Positions 1-10,311 are shown, counted from the first letter of the stretch. The stretch is 64,000 bases of DNA from Promethearchaeota archaeon (GCA_014728035.1 WJMJ01000059.1:128001-192000); one strand, 5' to 3'. Notes: a model not told the origin generated them from the letters alone. Made by a program: numbers and translations.

Positions 1-303
1 CTCTAGATCAAAAATTCTCTGAGGTGCATCACGGACAAGAATCTCAGCCAAATGCTGGTTGTTGAGATAGTTGCCTCCAACAATAGTGTCCTTGAAATGT
101 GTTTCAGGACTATCATCTGGATCAACATTGCCTAGTGATACATTGTAACCTCCCTCAGCCATAGCTGTGTGAGCTTTGCCAAGGAGTTCTTTGCTAAGCA
201 TAATAACATCTAAGTTGTGTTTCGCGGCCTCTATTGCAGCCCGGCAGCCAGCACCGCCAGCGCCTACAACGAGCACATCGCACATAATCGTCTTGTACTC
301 CAA
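1..303 (-). CDS. Succinate dehydrogenase/fumarate reductase flavoprotein subunit (SdhA/FrdA/TfrA family), N-terminal part, runs off window
   Basis: Manual translation from TTG at 303: MEYKTIMCDVLVVGAGGAGCRAAIEAAK...SKELLGKAHTAMAEGGYN...DSPETHFKDTIVGGNYLNNQ; FAD-binding GxGxxG and HT.MAEGG motifs; next to fumarase genes; not in ORF track. Confidence 0.9.
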   Translation of the reverse strand, partial: MEYKTIMCDVLVVGAGGAGCRAAIEAAKHNLDVIMLSKELLGKAHTAMAEGGYNVSLGNVDPDDSPETHFKDTIVGGNYLNNQHLAEILVRDAPQRIFDLE

Positions 304-567
304 CTAGTAATCCTCCGATGGAGTGTTGTTTCCAACGTCTAACCGGTCGGACGATAGGAGGCGTTTATAGCTTGTGGTATGAAAAAGGACTGGAATTGAA
401 AATACAAATAATTGACCGCATACCTTGACGTCAAATAACTAGAAAAACTTAGAAATCACACATCACTGCGTTCAACGTCAGTTAAAAAAGCGTTGAAACG
501 CATTATATGTATGTCCCAATAACAATCAAAAGTTGGGATTCAAAGTGTTCATACTGGTAGTGGGAAC

Positions 568-669
568 ATGGATACAGAAGACATATTGATGATACTCGCA
601 ATTATTGTGATTTTCGTTGTTGCAATTTACGGAATGACTATTCCACTCATTCAATCTCTTGGAACATGA
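568..669 (+). CDS. Putative 33-aa single-pass membrane microprotein
   Basis: ATG at 568, MDTEDILMILAIIVIFVVAIYGMTIPLIQSLGT*; one hydrophobic helix; fills an otherwise empty intergenic space. Confidence 0.4.
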   Translation: MDTEDILMILAIIVIFVVAIYGMTIPLIQSLGT

Positions 670-678
670 GCATCTGAT

Positions 679-706
679 AAAAAAGAAGGCAGGGAAAGAA
701 CCTGCC
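679..706 (-). terminator. Hairpin plus U-rich tract after fumarase operon
   Basis: GGCAGG/CCTGCC inverted repeat (688-693/701-706) followed on the minus strand by a T-rich run. Confidence 0.5.
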
Positions 707-726
707 AGTATTGAGAGAATACTATA

Positions 727-1332
727 TCATTCAATACCAATTTTCGAGTAAATCTCATCCTTACGAGATTCTACTAATTTATCCATATCGGCATGAAGAC
801 TATTTCCATGAGAGTCCATGGTAACAAGTAGTGGACCAAATTCTTCTGCGGTGATTACCCAGAGTGCCTCTGGCATACCAAGGTCGGACCATTCGTAAGC
901 ACGCACCTCTTTCAGGCCTTTGGCTGCCAAAGCTCCGCACCCACCAGTGAAGCTACAATATACAGCTCCTACATCCTTCAGAGCTGCAAGGGTTCGTTCA
1001 CCCATACCCCCTTTTCCAATAATGACACGAGCTTTGTACTTTTTCAGGAATTCATCCTCGAAAATTTCCATTCGTGCACTAGTAGTTGGACCTGCTGATA
1101 CGATCTGCCACTTTCCGGCTTTTTGCCAAGCGACTGGGCCTACATGATATACAACACTACCCTCGAAATCCACTGGAGGCTTCTCGCCTTTCTCAAACAT
1201 TTCCAGTGCACGTTCGTGTGCTTCATCTCTTGCAGTGTAAACGTGCTCGCCAGTAACGTAAATGACATCACCAGCTTTCAGTTTTCGCGCATCTTCTTCA
1301 GAAATTGGGGTTGTAAGATGATATTCTGTCAT
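727..1332 (-). CDS. Class I fumarate hydratase/tartrate dehydratase, beta subunit
   Basis: TARDEAH, GPTTSARM, IGKGGM, LGMPEALW, MDSHGNSL motifs. Confidence 0.93.
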   Translation of the reverse strand: MTEYHLTTPISEEDARKLKAGDVIYVTGEHVYTARDEAHERALEMFEKGEKPPVDFEGSVVYHVGPVAWQKAGKWQIVSAGPTTSARMEIFEDEFLKKYKARVIIGKGGMGERTLAALKDVGAVYCSFTGGCGALAAKGLKEVRAYEWSDLGMPEALWVITAEEFGPLLVTMDSHGNSLHADMDKLVESRKDEIYSKIGIE

Positions 1333-1335
1333 TTA

Positions 1336-2220
1336 TTATTCCTCCAAGGGGTGGGTTATGTATTTGACATCAAGGTCTTTCGTTATTATTGCCGTACTAC
1401 GGCGAGCAGCCCAACATTGAACTGCTACTCCAACAGGTAGACTTGCAGGGTGACGCATTGCGTAGTCTACTTTAACAGCTAGAACTGTGGTTTTTCCACC
1501 TAGCCCCATCGGTCCAATTCCCGCAGAGTTAATTGCATCCATAATCTCACTCTCAATCTTCGCTACCTCTGGTTCAGAGTGTTCATCATCAAGAGGTCTT
1601 TGAAGTTGTTGCTTTGCAATCTTAATGGCAATATCTGCACCACCTCCAATTCCAACACCGATGATATTTGGTGCACATGCTTTACCCATATAGTTTAGTG
1701 CATTATCAACCACTAGTTTCTTTACTCCTTTGAGGCCAAGACCAGGTTTTAGCATTCCCACAATGGATACATTTTCACTACCACCGCCTTTTGGAAAAGC
1801 AGTGATTTCAAGTGAATCGCCTTCAACGATTTCCCAATTGAACCAAGGAATCTTAACACCTGTATTATCACCAGAATTCCCTCCCACGATAGGATTTACT
1901 GCATTTGGACGCAGTGGAACTTCCTTAGTTGCTTTACGGGTGCCTTTGGTGATTGCCTCCTTTATTTCATCAATGAATGGGAATTTGCTTCCAACTCTAA
2001 CATAAAATATCATTATACCAGTATCTTGGCACATTGGTATTCCATCTTTAGCTATCTCAATGTTGTCAAGTATTGCTGACAACTGAGTCTTTGCAGTTGG
2101 ATTTTCTTCCTGTTCATGGGCCGCCCTAAGAGCGTCTTCAACGTCTTTGGGGAGCTTTGTCGCCGCCATCTTTAGTAGGCGGTATGTAGTATCATGAATT
2201 ACTTGAGCTGGGTCTTTCAT
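1336..2220 (-). CDS. Class I fumarate hydratase/tartrate dehydratase, alpha (Fe-S) subunit
   Basis: PMCQDTG, KGGGSEN, ACAP, GIGPMGLGG, QCWAAR motifs. Confidence 0.93.
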   Translation of the reverse strand: MKDPAQVIHDTTYRLLKMAATKLPKDVEDALRAAHEQEENPTAKTQLSAILDNIEIAKDGIPMCQDTGIMIFYVRVGSKFPFIDEIKEAITKGTRKATKEVPLRPNAVNPIVGGNSGDNTGVKIPWFNWEIVEGDSLEITAFPKGGGSENVSIVGMLKPGLGLKGVKKLVVDNALNYMGKACAPNIIGVGIGGGADIAIKIAKQQLQRPLDDEHSEPEVAKIESEIMDAINSAGIGPMGLGGKTTVLAVKVDYAMRHPASLPVGVAVQCWAARRSTAIITKDLDVKYITHPLEE

Positions 2221-2364
2221 TTGATCAGCTTCTCAGATATCGTTGGATATGAACTGTATCTTCAGTTCACTTCTGTATCCGCGAATTAAGATGCCCCTTA
2301 ATCTGTGTTACCATACATGAAATAGCATTGCAATGAGTATATACCTTAAAGCCTGTACAAAACA

Positions 2365-2865
2365 GTGAAAATCATGACGGTCATACTAACCTTTGATGGG
2401 ATTGCTAGCTTAATTGTGACAATACTAATGTTGATTATCTTTAGTTGGAGTGATTTGTTAACCAGACGAGTTCCGAACAAACTCGTTCTGGCTGGTGCAG
2501 TTTTTGCTATTATAGTTACATTAAGTACGGGTCATCTTGCAAACAACTTGATCAACCATATTGTTGCATTTGTATTCGTTATTCCCGTTTCTATTTTGTT
2601 ATTTAGACTCGGTGCAATTGGTGGAGCTGATGCAAAAGTATTATGGATTATCACAATATCAAGTCCCGGAATAGAATTAGGTTTTTGCTTAGAGCCTGTT
2701 CTTGAAACAATTTTTTGTTTTGGTTTCCAAATATTCACGATGTTGGGTTTAGGAACGCTATATTGGAATCATTTGAAAAAAAGAAGACTTGATGATATTC
2801 CCCCTCTACTTCCTTTCTTATTGGTTGGATATATACTGACTCAGCTATTTGGGATATTATGTTAG
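2365..2865 (+). CDS. A24-family prepilin/preflagellin peptidase-like membrane protein
   Basis: Multi-TM; the two aspartate motifs SDLLTRRVPN and GAIGGADAK; C-terminal PLLPF. Confidence 0.75.
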   Translation: MKIMTVILTFDGIASLIVTILMLIIFSWSDLLTRRVPNKLVLAGAVFAIIVTLSTGHLANNLINHIVAFVFVIPVSILLFRLGAIGGADAKVLWIITISSPGIELGFCLEPVLETIFCFGFQIFTMLGLGTLYWNHLKKRRLDDIPPLLPFLLVGYILTQLFGILC

Positions 2866-2869
2866 AAAA

Positions 2870-3577
2870 CTAACTAACTCGAATACCAGTATCATCAATC
2901 TGAAGCTTATGACACTTCAAACTATGGGCACTCCCACGCATTTTCCATATAGTAAGACTACGTTCTAAGGAGTTGTTATTTTGAAGAAGATTCAGTGTAA
3001 TCAAGCCTTGTGCAATATATTGTTCAACACCTGCTAGACTCAATGCATCTCTGTGAACAATTTCACTTACAAACAGAGCAGTAATTTCTAGCTCGCGGAG
3101 TAAGGCACTGATTGTAAAGACCGCGTTTCTTACTTCTACAGGTTGGTCAAAACGAATACCCAGGCCTGAGATACTATCTAGAACTAGTCTTTTCGCACTG
3201 ATATCATGGACTGCACGATAAATCTCTTCGGCTAAGGCACTTACATCAAAGCCACGCCGCAAAGTATACGACTCGGATGTAGGTAATCCCGCTTTGCTAG
3301 AAGCTGCATCAATTAGTATCAACTTCTTTTCTTTCTCTAACTCCTCTAAATTCCATCCAAATTGCAAAGCTTCTTGACGAATCTCATTGGGACGCGACTC
3401 CAATGTGACAAAAACTCCTGCTTCGTCTAATTCAGTTGCACCATGATGTAAGAACTGTAAGCCAAATATGGTCTTTCCAGAACCACTGCATCCAGAAAGA
3501 AGAATAGTACTACCTTGAACAAAACCTCCATTTAGCAGGGAGTCCAGACCGTGGATGCCAGTCGTTGTTCGGTTCAT
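2870..3577 (-). CDS. Single-domain KaiC/RAD55-like RecA-superfamily ATPase
   Basis: TTGIHGLDSLLNGG, Walker A GCSGSGKT, RLVLDS, KMRGSAH. Confidence 0.88.
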   Translation of the reverse strand: MNRTTTGIHGLDSLLNGGFVQGSTILLSGCSGSGKTIFGLQFLHHGATELDEAGVFVTLESRPNEIRQEALQFGWNLEELEKEKKLILIDAASSKAGLPTSESYTLRRGFDVSALAEEIYRAVHDISAKRLVLDSISGLGIRFDQPVEVRNAVFTISALLRELEITALFVSEIVHRDALSLAGVEQYIAQGLITLNLLQNNNSLERSLTIWKMRGSAHSLKCHKLQIDDTGIRVS

Positions 3578-4063
3578 TTATTCCTCATCCCTTTGAATGG
3601 GTTTTCCACTAAGCTCCCAGCCCTTTACTACCGATTTCAGCAGGTTCAGAGATACCCTGACCACATCAGGAGATTTCCTTAGATTTTCCACTCGATTCTC
3701 TAGCGATTTCTCATCTTTGGCAAGTATAAGTGCATAAATTGTCATAGGTTCAGTATCTACAGCAACCCAGAGGCAATGTTCTTCTTGTGCGAGTTCTTCT
3801 GCGAATGAATCGGTTCTATTTTTGCTGATATCGGGTAGAATATGTCCCCCAATTTCAATCTTAGCAAGTCCCGATATATTATAGCCCATCGCTTCAGGGC
3901 GGACTAATGCACTAAAACGAGTAACTACATTTGACGACTTTAGACGTTTCGTTCTAAAATGGATGGTTGTATCTGGCTTTCCAAGTTCTTCTGCAATATC
4001 GGTGAAAGAAGTTCTTGCGTCTTTTTGAAGCAATTTTATAAGATCTCGGTCAAGTTGGTCCAT
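3578..4063 (-). CDS. Lrp/AsnC family transcriptional regulator
   Basis: MDQLDRDLIKLLQKDARTSFTDIAEELG HTH; stop abuts the KaiC-like start. Confidence 0.9.
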   Translation of the reverse strand: MDQLDRDLIKLLQKDARTSFTDIAEELGKPDTTIHFRTKRLKSSNVVTRFSALVRPEAMGYNISGLAKIEIGGHILPDISKNRTDSFAEELAQEEHCLWVAVDTEPMTIYALILAKDEKSLENRVENLRKSPDVVRVSLNLLKSVVKGWELSGKPIQRDEE

Positions 4064-4251
4064 CCTTGAACACCTTCAAGTTTGCTTACCTTTTGTGCTA
4101 TGATTCAAAGTGACTATTGGTTATTAAGCATTGTGTGATTCGCAATACTAATGAGCATATTTGAGATATGCTCTATAAATGGCTGATTGAGGGGTAACTC
4201 CCATCTCTAATATGAGAATTTCTCAATCTCTTGATTACGTCTTTGTGATTC

Positions 4252-4608
4252 CTATGGTGATATACTTTCAAGGATTGGCGGTGGAATCAAAAATGCAAAG
4301 AATAGTGTCCAGAGAAGCACCCACAATAGTAAGTATGAAGGTAGTGAATTTGTGATGAGCTTGGTTCTACCACCCAGCACTTCAGGATCAATCTCCAATA
4401 GGTAGACAATGATATAGAGTGTAAGAATATAGACAAACACGCCGAACATTAATCCACGTATTCCTGCAAAAGGAATACCCCCAAGTGCACATAGAATTGC
4501 ACTGATAACTGCAAATAAAATCTTTACATAGAATTGTTGGTCATTGGGGGAATCCTCCCAGCGACTGAACATCTTTTTGAAGATACCTTGAAGAGAACTT
4601 GTAACCAT
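4252..4608 (-). CDS. Three-TM membrane protein, EMC6/RAB5IF-like
   Basis: Three hydrophobic segments; last helix YLLLWVLLWTLFF resembles the EMC6 FVLFWT motif. Confidence 0.55.
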   Translation of the reverse strand: MVTSSLQGIFKKMFSRWEDSPNDQQFYVKILFAVISAILCALGGIPFAGIRGLMFGVFVYILTLYIIVYLLEIDPEVLGGRTKLITNSLPSYLLLWVLLWTLFFAFLIPPPILESISP

Positions 4609-4682
4609 TTTTCACACCAGTTATCCTTTGATTTCAACAATCGACTGAGTTAAAAAATGCTCGGTCTGTTTGTATTAATGCA

Positions 4683-6692
4683 ATGAAGCAGTCAATGAGC
4701 AACTCGGATATCAGATTGATACTACCAGAAATTACTCGGATAGCTAATGGTGCGTTTATCAAAAATGTATATCAGTATTCAGAAGTATTTGTACTGAAAC
4801 TCTATCAGCCTGGTTTGGGAACATATCAACTTTTAATTGAACCAGGAAAAAGGGTACATTTGACAGAGTTTCGAAGAAAGGCACCAAGGATACCTCCACA
4901 ATTCTGTACGGTATTGCGAAAATATGTCCGAGACCGACGTATTCTTTCAATTCAACAGCATGAACTTGATCGAATTATCACTATTGAAATTGGAGATGAA
5001 GACGAATCCCACAAGCTTGTTGCAGAATTATTTGGACGGGGGAATCTTTTGCTACTTGATAACGATGATATCATCTTTACTGCTCTCCACTACAAGAAGA
5101 TGAGAGACCGTGATATAATTCCAAAGGCCAAATATGAATTTCCACCGCAACGAGGACTGGATATATTGGACTTGGATACAGAGGATTTGGAATCTATAAT
5201 TCTGGATTCTAATGCTAATCTCGTGAGAACTCTTGCAAGCAGACTTAATCTGGACTCTCTTAGTTGTGAAGAGATTTGCAAATTGGCTGACATCGAGTCA
5301 AAAACTAAGGCATCTAGTCTTAATGAAGAAAAAGTGAATGATCTTCGGATTGGGCTTGAACGATTCATCGACAAGCTTCGTGCAGGAATATCCGATCCAC
5401 GAGTAATTATAGATGATGAAGATGACGAGTCAATTTACTTGTCATTCGTGCCTTTTGAATACGAGATATATGACGACATGCCTTCAGAAACGTTTGAAAC
5501 CTACAGTCAAGCACTCGATGAATATTTCGGGTTATCTGGAGTTGAAGAAGAACAAGAAGAGATACTGGATGCTGCGGAAAAAGAGCGAAAACGTCTGCAA
5601 AGAATTATTGAAAAACAACAAGAAAGTATCGAACGTCTTGAGAGAAGAGCGGAGGTCTTACGAAGTGAGGGTGAGATGATATACAGTCATTTTCAAATAA
5701 TTCAAGAAATACTATCAACAATTGCTAAAGCACGCTCAGATGGAATAAGCTGGAACGAAATTTTATCAAGAATAGAAAAGGGCAAAAAACAGGGTATTGA
5801 ATCTACACAGCTGATCAAGGAGATAATTCCCTCACAAGCTAAGATTGTCCTTGAAATTAATGGGACAATGATAGAATTAGACATCAGAAAGTCTGTTCAA
5901 GATAATGCTGCATTAGCTTACGAGGCGGCAAAAAAAGCTGAACATAAAACGAAAGGGGCTAAAAAACAGATTGAGAAAACAAAAACAAAACTCGAAGAAA
6001 TTGATATTGATGAGCTTGAGCTGGAAACAGAGGTAAGAGCAGTTAAAATTAGAAAGAAGAAATGGTATGAAAAGTTTCGGTGGTTCAAATCATCTGAAGG
6101 GTATCTTGTTTTAGGCGGAAGAGATGCTAGAACAAATGAGCAGCTCGCAAAGAGACACATGACAGCTAACGACATATTTCTTCATGCTGCACTTCATGGG
6201 GCTCCTTATACTATTATCAAAGTTCTTGATGATCCTCCAAGTGATATAACATTGAGAGAAGCAGCTCAATTTGCAGTCACCTTTTCACGAGCATGGCAAG
6301 AAGGATTGACTAGTGGAGAGGCTTATTGGGTGAATCCTGAACAAGTTAGCTTTTCACCTCCAACTGGAGAATATCTCCCTTCTGGAGCGGTCATGATATA
6401 TGGAGAAAAGAATTACATTACAAGGTTGCCTCTTGAACTATGTGTAGGAGTAACTCTTGAAGAGGAATATGCAATCCCAATATCTGGACCTCCTTCTGCT
6501 GTTTCATCAAATACTGACTACTATGTAGGAGTGTTTCCAGGACAAATCAAAAAAGGACAACTCGTAAAAGATATCCGAAACGCGCTAATCAAGAAGATTC
6601 CAGAAGAATTTGGATATCTTGTAGCTCAAATTCCTCAAGAGGATATAATGAGATTATTACCTTCTGGGGGAGGAAGAATTGGTGAATTATAA
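4683..6692 (+). CDS. rqcH: Ribosome quality-control factor RqcH/NEMF (NFACT family)
   Basis: DRII.I, ELFGRGNLLL, coiled coil, WYEKFRWF, GGRDARTNE, FLHAALHGAP, GEYLPSGAVMIYG. Confidence 0.93.
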   Translation: MKQSMSNSDIRLILPEITRIANGAFIKNVYQYSEVFVLKLYQPGLGTYQLLIEPGKRVHLTEFRRKAPRIPPQFCTVLRKYVRDRRILSIQQHELDRIITIEIGDEDESHKLVAELFGRGNLLLLDNDDIIFTALHYKKMRDRDIIPKAKYEFPPQRGLDILDLDTEDLESIILDSNANLVRTLASRLNLDSLSCEEICKLADIESKTKASSLNEEKVNDLRIGLERFIDKLRAGISDPRVIIDDEDDESIYLSFVPFEYEIYDDMPSETFETYSQALDEYFGLSGVEEEQEEILDAAEKERKRLQRIIEKQQESIERLERRAEVLRSEGEMIYSHFQIIQEILSTIAKARSDGISWNEILSRIEKGKKQGIESTQLIKEIIPSQAKIVLEINGTMIELDIRKSVQDNAALAYEAAKKAEHKTKGAKKQIEKTKTKLEEIDIDELELETEVRAVKIRKKKWYEKFRWFKSSEGYLVLGGRDARTNEQLAKRHMTANDIFLHAALHGAPYTIIKVLDDPPSDITLREAAQFAVTFSRAWQEGLTSGEAYWVNPEQVSFSPPTGEYLPSGAVMIYGEKNYITRLPLELCVGVTLEEEYAIPISGPPSAVSSNTDYYVGVFPGQIKKGQLVKDIRNALIKKIPEEFGYLVAQIPQEDIMRLLPSGGGRIGEL

Positions 6693-6826
6693 CGTATGTA
6701 GTGAACTGATGCGCAACTTCCCAGCACAGACACATTTAAGAATGTACAAACGATTTCTTGATTTGGAAACGCTCCCTATTATTGAGGAGCGAATTACCAA
6801 TTTCTCTAATATTTGAGGAAAATCCC

Positions 6827-7393
6827 ATGTCCGACGCTTCACATTCCATGTCTATTCGAGACATCATGACGGTCAAAGTAATAACCACACCACCTGATGC
6901 AACAGCATTCAAAGTTGCAGAGCTGATGGACAAAGTTGACATCGGATCAATTGTAATAGTCGATAACGGCCGTCCTGTTGGAATTGTTACAGAATCGGAT
7001 ATTGTAAGAAGAGTTATTGCAAAAGAAAAAGACCCCAAGACCGTAACTGCTAAGGAAATCATGACTTCTCCTTTGGTACATGTTGAACCTTCAACTGGAC
7101 TAACCACTGCAATGAGAGTGATGGCAAAGAGTAATATCCGAAGAGTAGCAGTACTAAAGAATGATAGTCTTGCAGGAATAGTGACATCAAGAGACATCTT
7201 AAAATGGTCACCTGAGCTAATTGACATTCTTGTCGAGTCGCTAAGACTTAGGAATGAACAAGCGACTAGAAGTCAAGAGGAAGAAGACGAGCTTGTTGCA
7301 TATGGTGGAGTCTGCGATAACTGTGGGGAATACTCAACAGATCTAGCGATGGATGATGGCAGATACCTTTGTTATGTATGTAGAGAGAAATGA
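6827..7393 (+). CDS. CBS-pair protein with C-terminal zinc ribbon
   Basis: Two CBS domains (GIVTESD, GIVTSRD) then CDNC...CYVC; ATG at 6827 with GAGG upstream is the likely start (ORF opens at 6758). Confidence 0.88.
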   Translation: MSDASHSMSIRDIMTVKVITTPPDATAFKVAELMDKVDIGSIVIVDNGRPVGIVTESDIVRRVIAKEKDPKTVTAKEIMTSPLVHVEPSTGLTTAMRVMAKSNIRRVAVLKNDSLAGIVTSRDILKWSPELIDILVESLRLRNEQATRSQEEEDELVAYGGVCDNCGEYSTDLAMDDGRYLCYVCREK

Positions 7394-7446
7394 TTAGATT
7401 ATGATGAAAGTACGCTGTTCAGCGTACAAAATTCGGAGGCCTGAAT

Positions 7447-8262
7447 TTGGAAGTAAGCGCGATAATGTCAGAACCAGTTACAATCGATAAAGACCAGAGA
7501 CTATCCTATGCTTTAGACCTTCTTGACAAGAAAGGTGCGGACAGATTGATTGTCACTGAAGATAATGAGCTCAAGGGCATTCTTACCTATGCAGATATAG
7601 CTGACCGTTTGGGTGTAAGCAAAGTAGTTGCAGTATCCATTGGGCGACTGCACGTTTCAAGTGCAATGACAGATACCGTGATAACAGTATCACCTGATGA
7701 TGACATCACTGATGTTGCTCAATTGATGATAAACCGAGGAATGAGTGGATGTCCAGTCGTTGATAATAGTGGAGAACTAGTTGGAGTAATTACCAAGCGA
7801 GAGCTAAGTGTTTTAGTTAAAAAGTTCGACAAAGTAAAAGTGTCCGAACTTATGACTGATGAAGGACTAATTGTTGTCAGCCCAGTAGAACGGCTCATCA
7901 AAGCAAGGGCAGAACTTCTTGATGCTGGAGTGTCTGGGTTACCAGTCACTGATGGTGGAAGGGTATTAGGACTGCTCACTGAGAGAATGGTGGCTGAAGC
8001 AATGGCAAGATTTAGCGTCGAAGTACCAGATAAACATAGAGCGAATCAAGTCAGACAAATACGGGTGGTAGATGCTATGTTACAACAACCACCACTCACA
8101 AAACCCGATGAATCCCTTGCAGATGCAGTCGAAAAGATGCTTGAAGCAAATCTCAATATTCTACCAGTTGTTGCTGAAGGAAATAGATTGGTGGGCATAA
8201 TCAGCGCTACGGACCTTACTCGATTTGTAGCTAACAAATTCAAAGTTCTGAGTGAAGAGTAG
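7447..8262 (+). CDS. Four-CBS-domain protein
   Basis: Repeated GILT/GVIT/GLLT/GIIS CBS motifs. Confidence 0.88.
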   Translation: MEVSAIMSEPVTIDKDQRLSYALDLLDKKGADRLIVTEDNELKGILTYADIADRLGVSKVVAVSIGRLHVSSAMTDTVITVSPDDDITDVAQLMINRGMSGCPVVDNSGELVGVITKRELSVLVKKFDKVKVSELMTDEGLIVVSPVERLIKARAELLDAGVSGLPVTDGGRVLGLLTERMVAEAMARFSVEVPDKHRANQVRQIRVVDAMLQQPPLTKPDESLADAVEKMLEANLNILPVVAEGNRLVGIISATDLTRFVANKFKVLSEE

Positions 8263-8307
8263 TATGTATATGTGATTGTGACTAACATCAGACTAGGTGT
8301 TGGTCAC

Positions 8308-9621
8308 ATGTCCGCTGATTTAGTCCTCAAAAATGGACTTGTAATAGTTGAAGGAAAACCAGTGGTTCGTTCTGTTGCTATTTCCTCAGGAAAGATAGAT
8401 GGCATCTTCATTGGAAATGATGTGCCTTCAGGAAAAGAAACAATTGATTGTGATGGCAACTATATTCTTCCTGGTGCTATAGATATCCATGTTCATCTAC
8501 GGGACTTGTCTAGAGAAGATAAAGAGGATTTCTCCACGGGAACGAAAGCTGCCGCTGCTGGAGGAGTAACAACAGTACTTGATATGCCAAACTCTCAACC
8601 ACCAACATTGAGCTGGAACGCATTAAGAGAAAAAATCTCTAGAGCTAGAGAGCGTCGATATGTGAATATCGGATTCTATGGAGGAATCCCTTTCTCTATT
8701 GAAGATTTTGATACAGAAATGGTACCTCATATCCATGGTCTAAAGGTATATCCACATTCACCCCTTTTAGCTGAAGTGAAATTCACATCAAATCGTATTC
8801 GGGAATCAATGAAGCTTGCTAAGACTCATCGAATACCTCTTTTGTTTCATCCAGATGTTGCATCAACGGAAGATCAACCTGTTACTCATGATGAATTCTT
8901 CAAGCGGCATAGCTGTGAGAATGAAGTAGAATCAATTAGGAACTTTATTAGAATTAGAGAGCAAGTTGATTGTAGGCTTCATGTGTGTCATGTAAGCTGT
9001 GCAAAGTCAGCAGAATTAATTGCGGCAAATAGGGCGGAAAGCAGTCTAACTGCAGAAGTTACACCACATCATCTTTTACTTCAACGTGATAGCTTTAGTC
9101 ACCATAATGGGGTTGCTAAGATGCTTCCACCATTACGGACAAAAAACGACAATAATGAATTGTGGCAATATCTTCAAAGATGTGCTATTGACTGTGTTGC
9201 AACAGATCATGCACCTCATACTTGGGGCGAGAAATCAGCAAAGTTCAAGTATGCTCCATCGGGAATTTCCGGACTTGAAACAATGGTTCCGATACTTCTT
9301 ACGGAAGTATTTGATGGAAATCTTTCATGGGTCGAATATTTACGATATTGTTGCTCGGGCCCTGCTAGAATAATGCATCTTCGTGAAAAAGGAGTACTCA
9401 CAAAGGGGTATGATGCAGACATAGTTGTTATTGAGAAGGGAGAATGGAGAATTGAGGGGAAAGATTTCTACTCAAAATCCAAACTTACTCCTTTTGAGGG
9501 CAGAATTATAAAAGCGAAACCAATTCACACCATTGTACGTGGAGATGTTGTATATTCGCATGGAAACTTTCCGATTGGCCCCGGATATGCAGGTCATGTA
9601 CCTGTTGCTTCGATAATTTGA
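8308..9621 (+). CDS. pyrC: Dihydroorotase (amidohydrolase family)
   Basis: PGAIDIHVHLRD, AAAGGVTTVLDMPN, EVTPHHL, KMLPPLR, ATDHAPH; likely start at ATG 8308. Confidence 0.85.
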   Translation: MSADLVLKNGLVIVEGKPVVRSVAISSGKIDGIFIGNDVPSGKETIDCDGNYILPGAIDIHVHLRDLSREDKEDFSTGTKAAAAGGVTTVLDMPNSQPPTLSWNALREKISRARERRYVNIGFYGGIPFSIEDFDTEMVPHIHGLKVYPHSPLLAEVKFTSNRIRESMKLAKTHRIPLLFHPDVASTEDQPVTHDEFFKRHSCENEVESIRNFIRIREQVDCRLHVCHVSCAKSAELIAANRAESSLTAEVTPHHLLLQRDSFSHHNGVAKMLPPLRTKNDNNELWQYLQRCAIDCVATDHAPHTWGEKSAKFKYAPSGISGLETMVPILLTEVFDGNLSWVEYLRYCCSGPARIMHLREKGVLTKGYDADIVVIEKGEWRIEGKDFYSKSKLTPFEGRIIKAKPIHTIVRGDVVYSHGNFPIGPGYAGHVPVASII

Positions 9622-9681
9622 AAAGACATGTCCGAAAGACATAATCGATTTCGAGTGTCTGAGTAAGTGAGTTGATGTATT

Positions 9682-10311
9682 GTGTATCATAAATACTCTG
9701 ATGAAGAAGGAAAATTTCTTGTTCAGTTAGCAAGAGAAACCATCGAGAAATATGTACGGGAAAGAAAAAAACTAGATGTTCCTAATACTGTTTCTGACAA
9801 ATTAAGAAGGCACTCTGGAGTATTTGTCACAATCAATAAACTCCAAGATAGCAAAGTAGCACTAAGAGGATGTATTGGAAGACCTTATCCGTCTGATCCC
9901 CTTGTGAGAGCCACCATTGACTCCGCGGTGGATGCGTCATCACGTGATCCTCGATTTAATCCGGTTTCAGAAAAAGAATTGGACTCGATAGTAGTAGAAT
10001 TATCAGTTTTAACACCACCTAAGAAGATTGACTACTCAAATCCGGATGATTTACCTGAGAAAATTGAGATTGGACGAGATGGCCTTATCGTAAGCAAAGG
10101 AATGCAAAAGGGATTGCTGTTACCTCAGGTTCCTGTTGAATATGGCTGGACCACAAAAGAATTCATTATTCATACTTGTCAAAAAGCAAGGCTCAGGCTA
10201 GATGCATGGAAGGACCCAAATGTAGAGTTCCATGCTTTTCAAGCTGAAATATTTGGTGAAAAATCCCCTAATGGCCCAATAATAAGAAACCCAGAACATC
10301 CTCGATGTTGA
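9682..10311 (+). CDS. AMMECR1/AmmA domain protein
   Basis: GVFVT, LRGCIG, DPRF, GLLLPQV motifs. Confidence 0.92.
   Translation: MYHKYSDEEGKFLVQLARETIEKYVRERKKLDVPNTVSDKLRRHSGVFVTINKLQDSKVALRGCIGRPYPSDPLVRATIDSAVDASSRDPRFNPVSEKELDSIVVELSVLTPPKKIDYSNPDDLPEKIEIGRDGLIVSKGMQKGLLLPQVPVEYGWTTKEFIIHTCQKARLRLDAWKDPNVEFHAFQAEIFGEKSPNGPIIRNPEHPRC

Noticed and set aside
2870-3577. Circadian clock KaiC
   Set aside because: Single domain with no KaiA/KaiB; common archaeal KaiC-like ATPase
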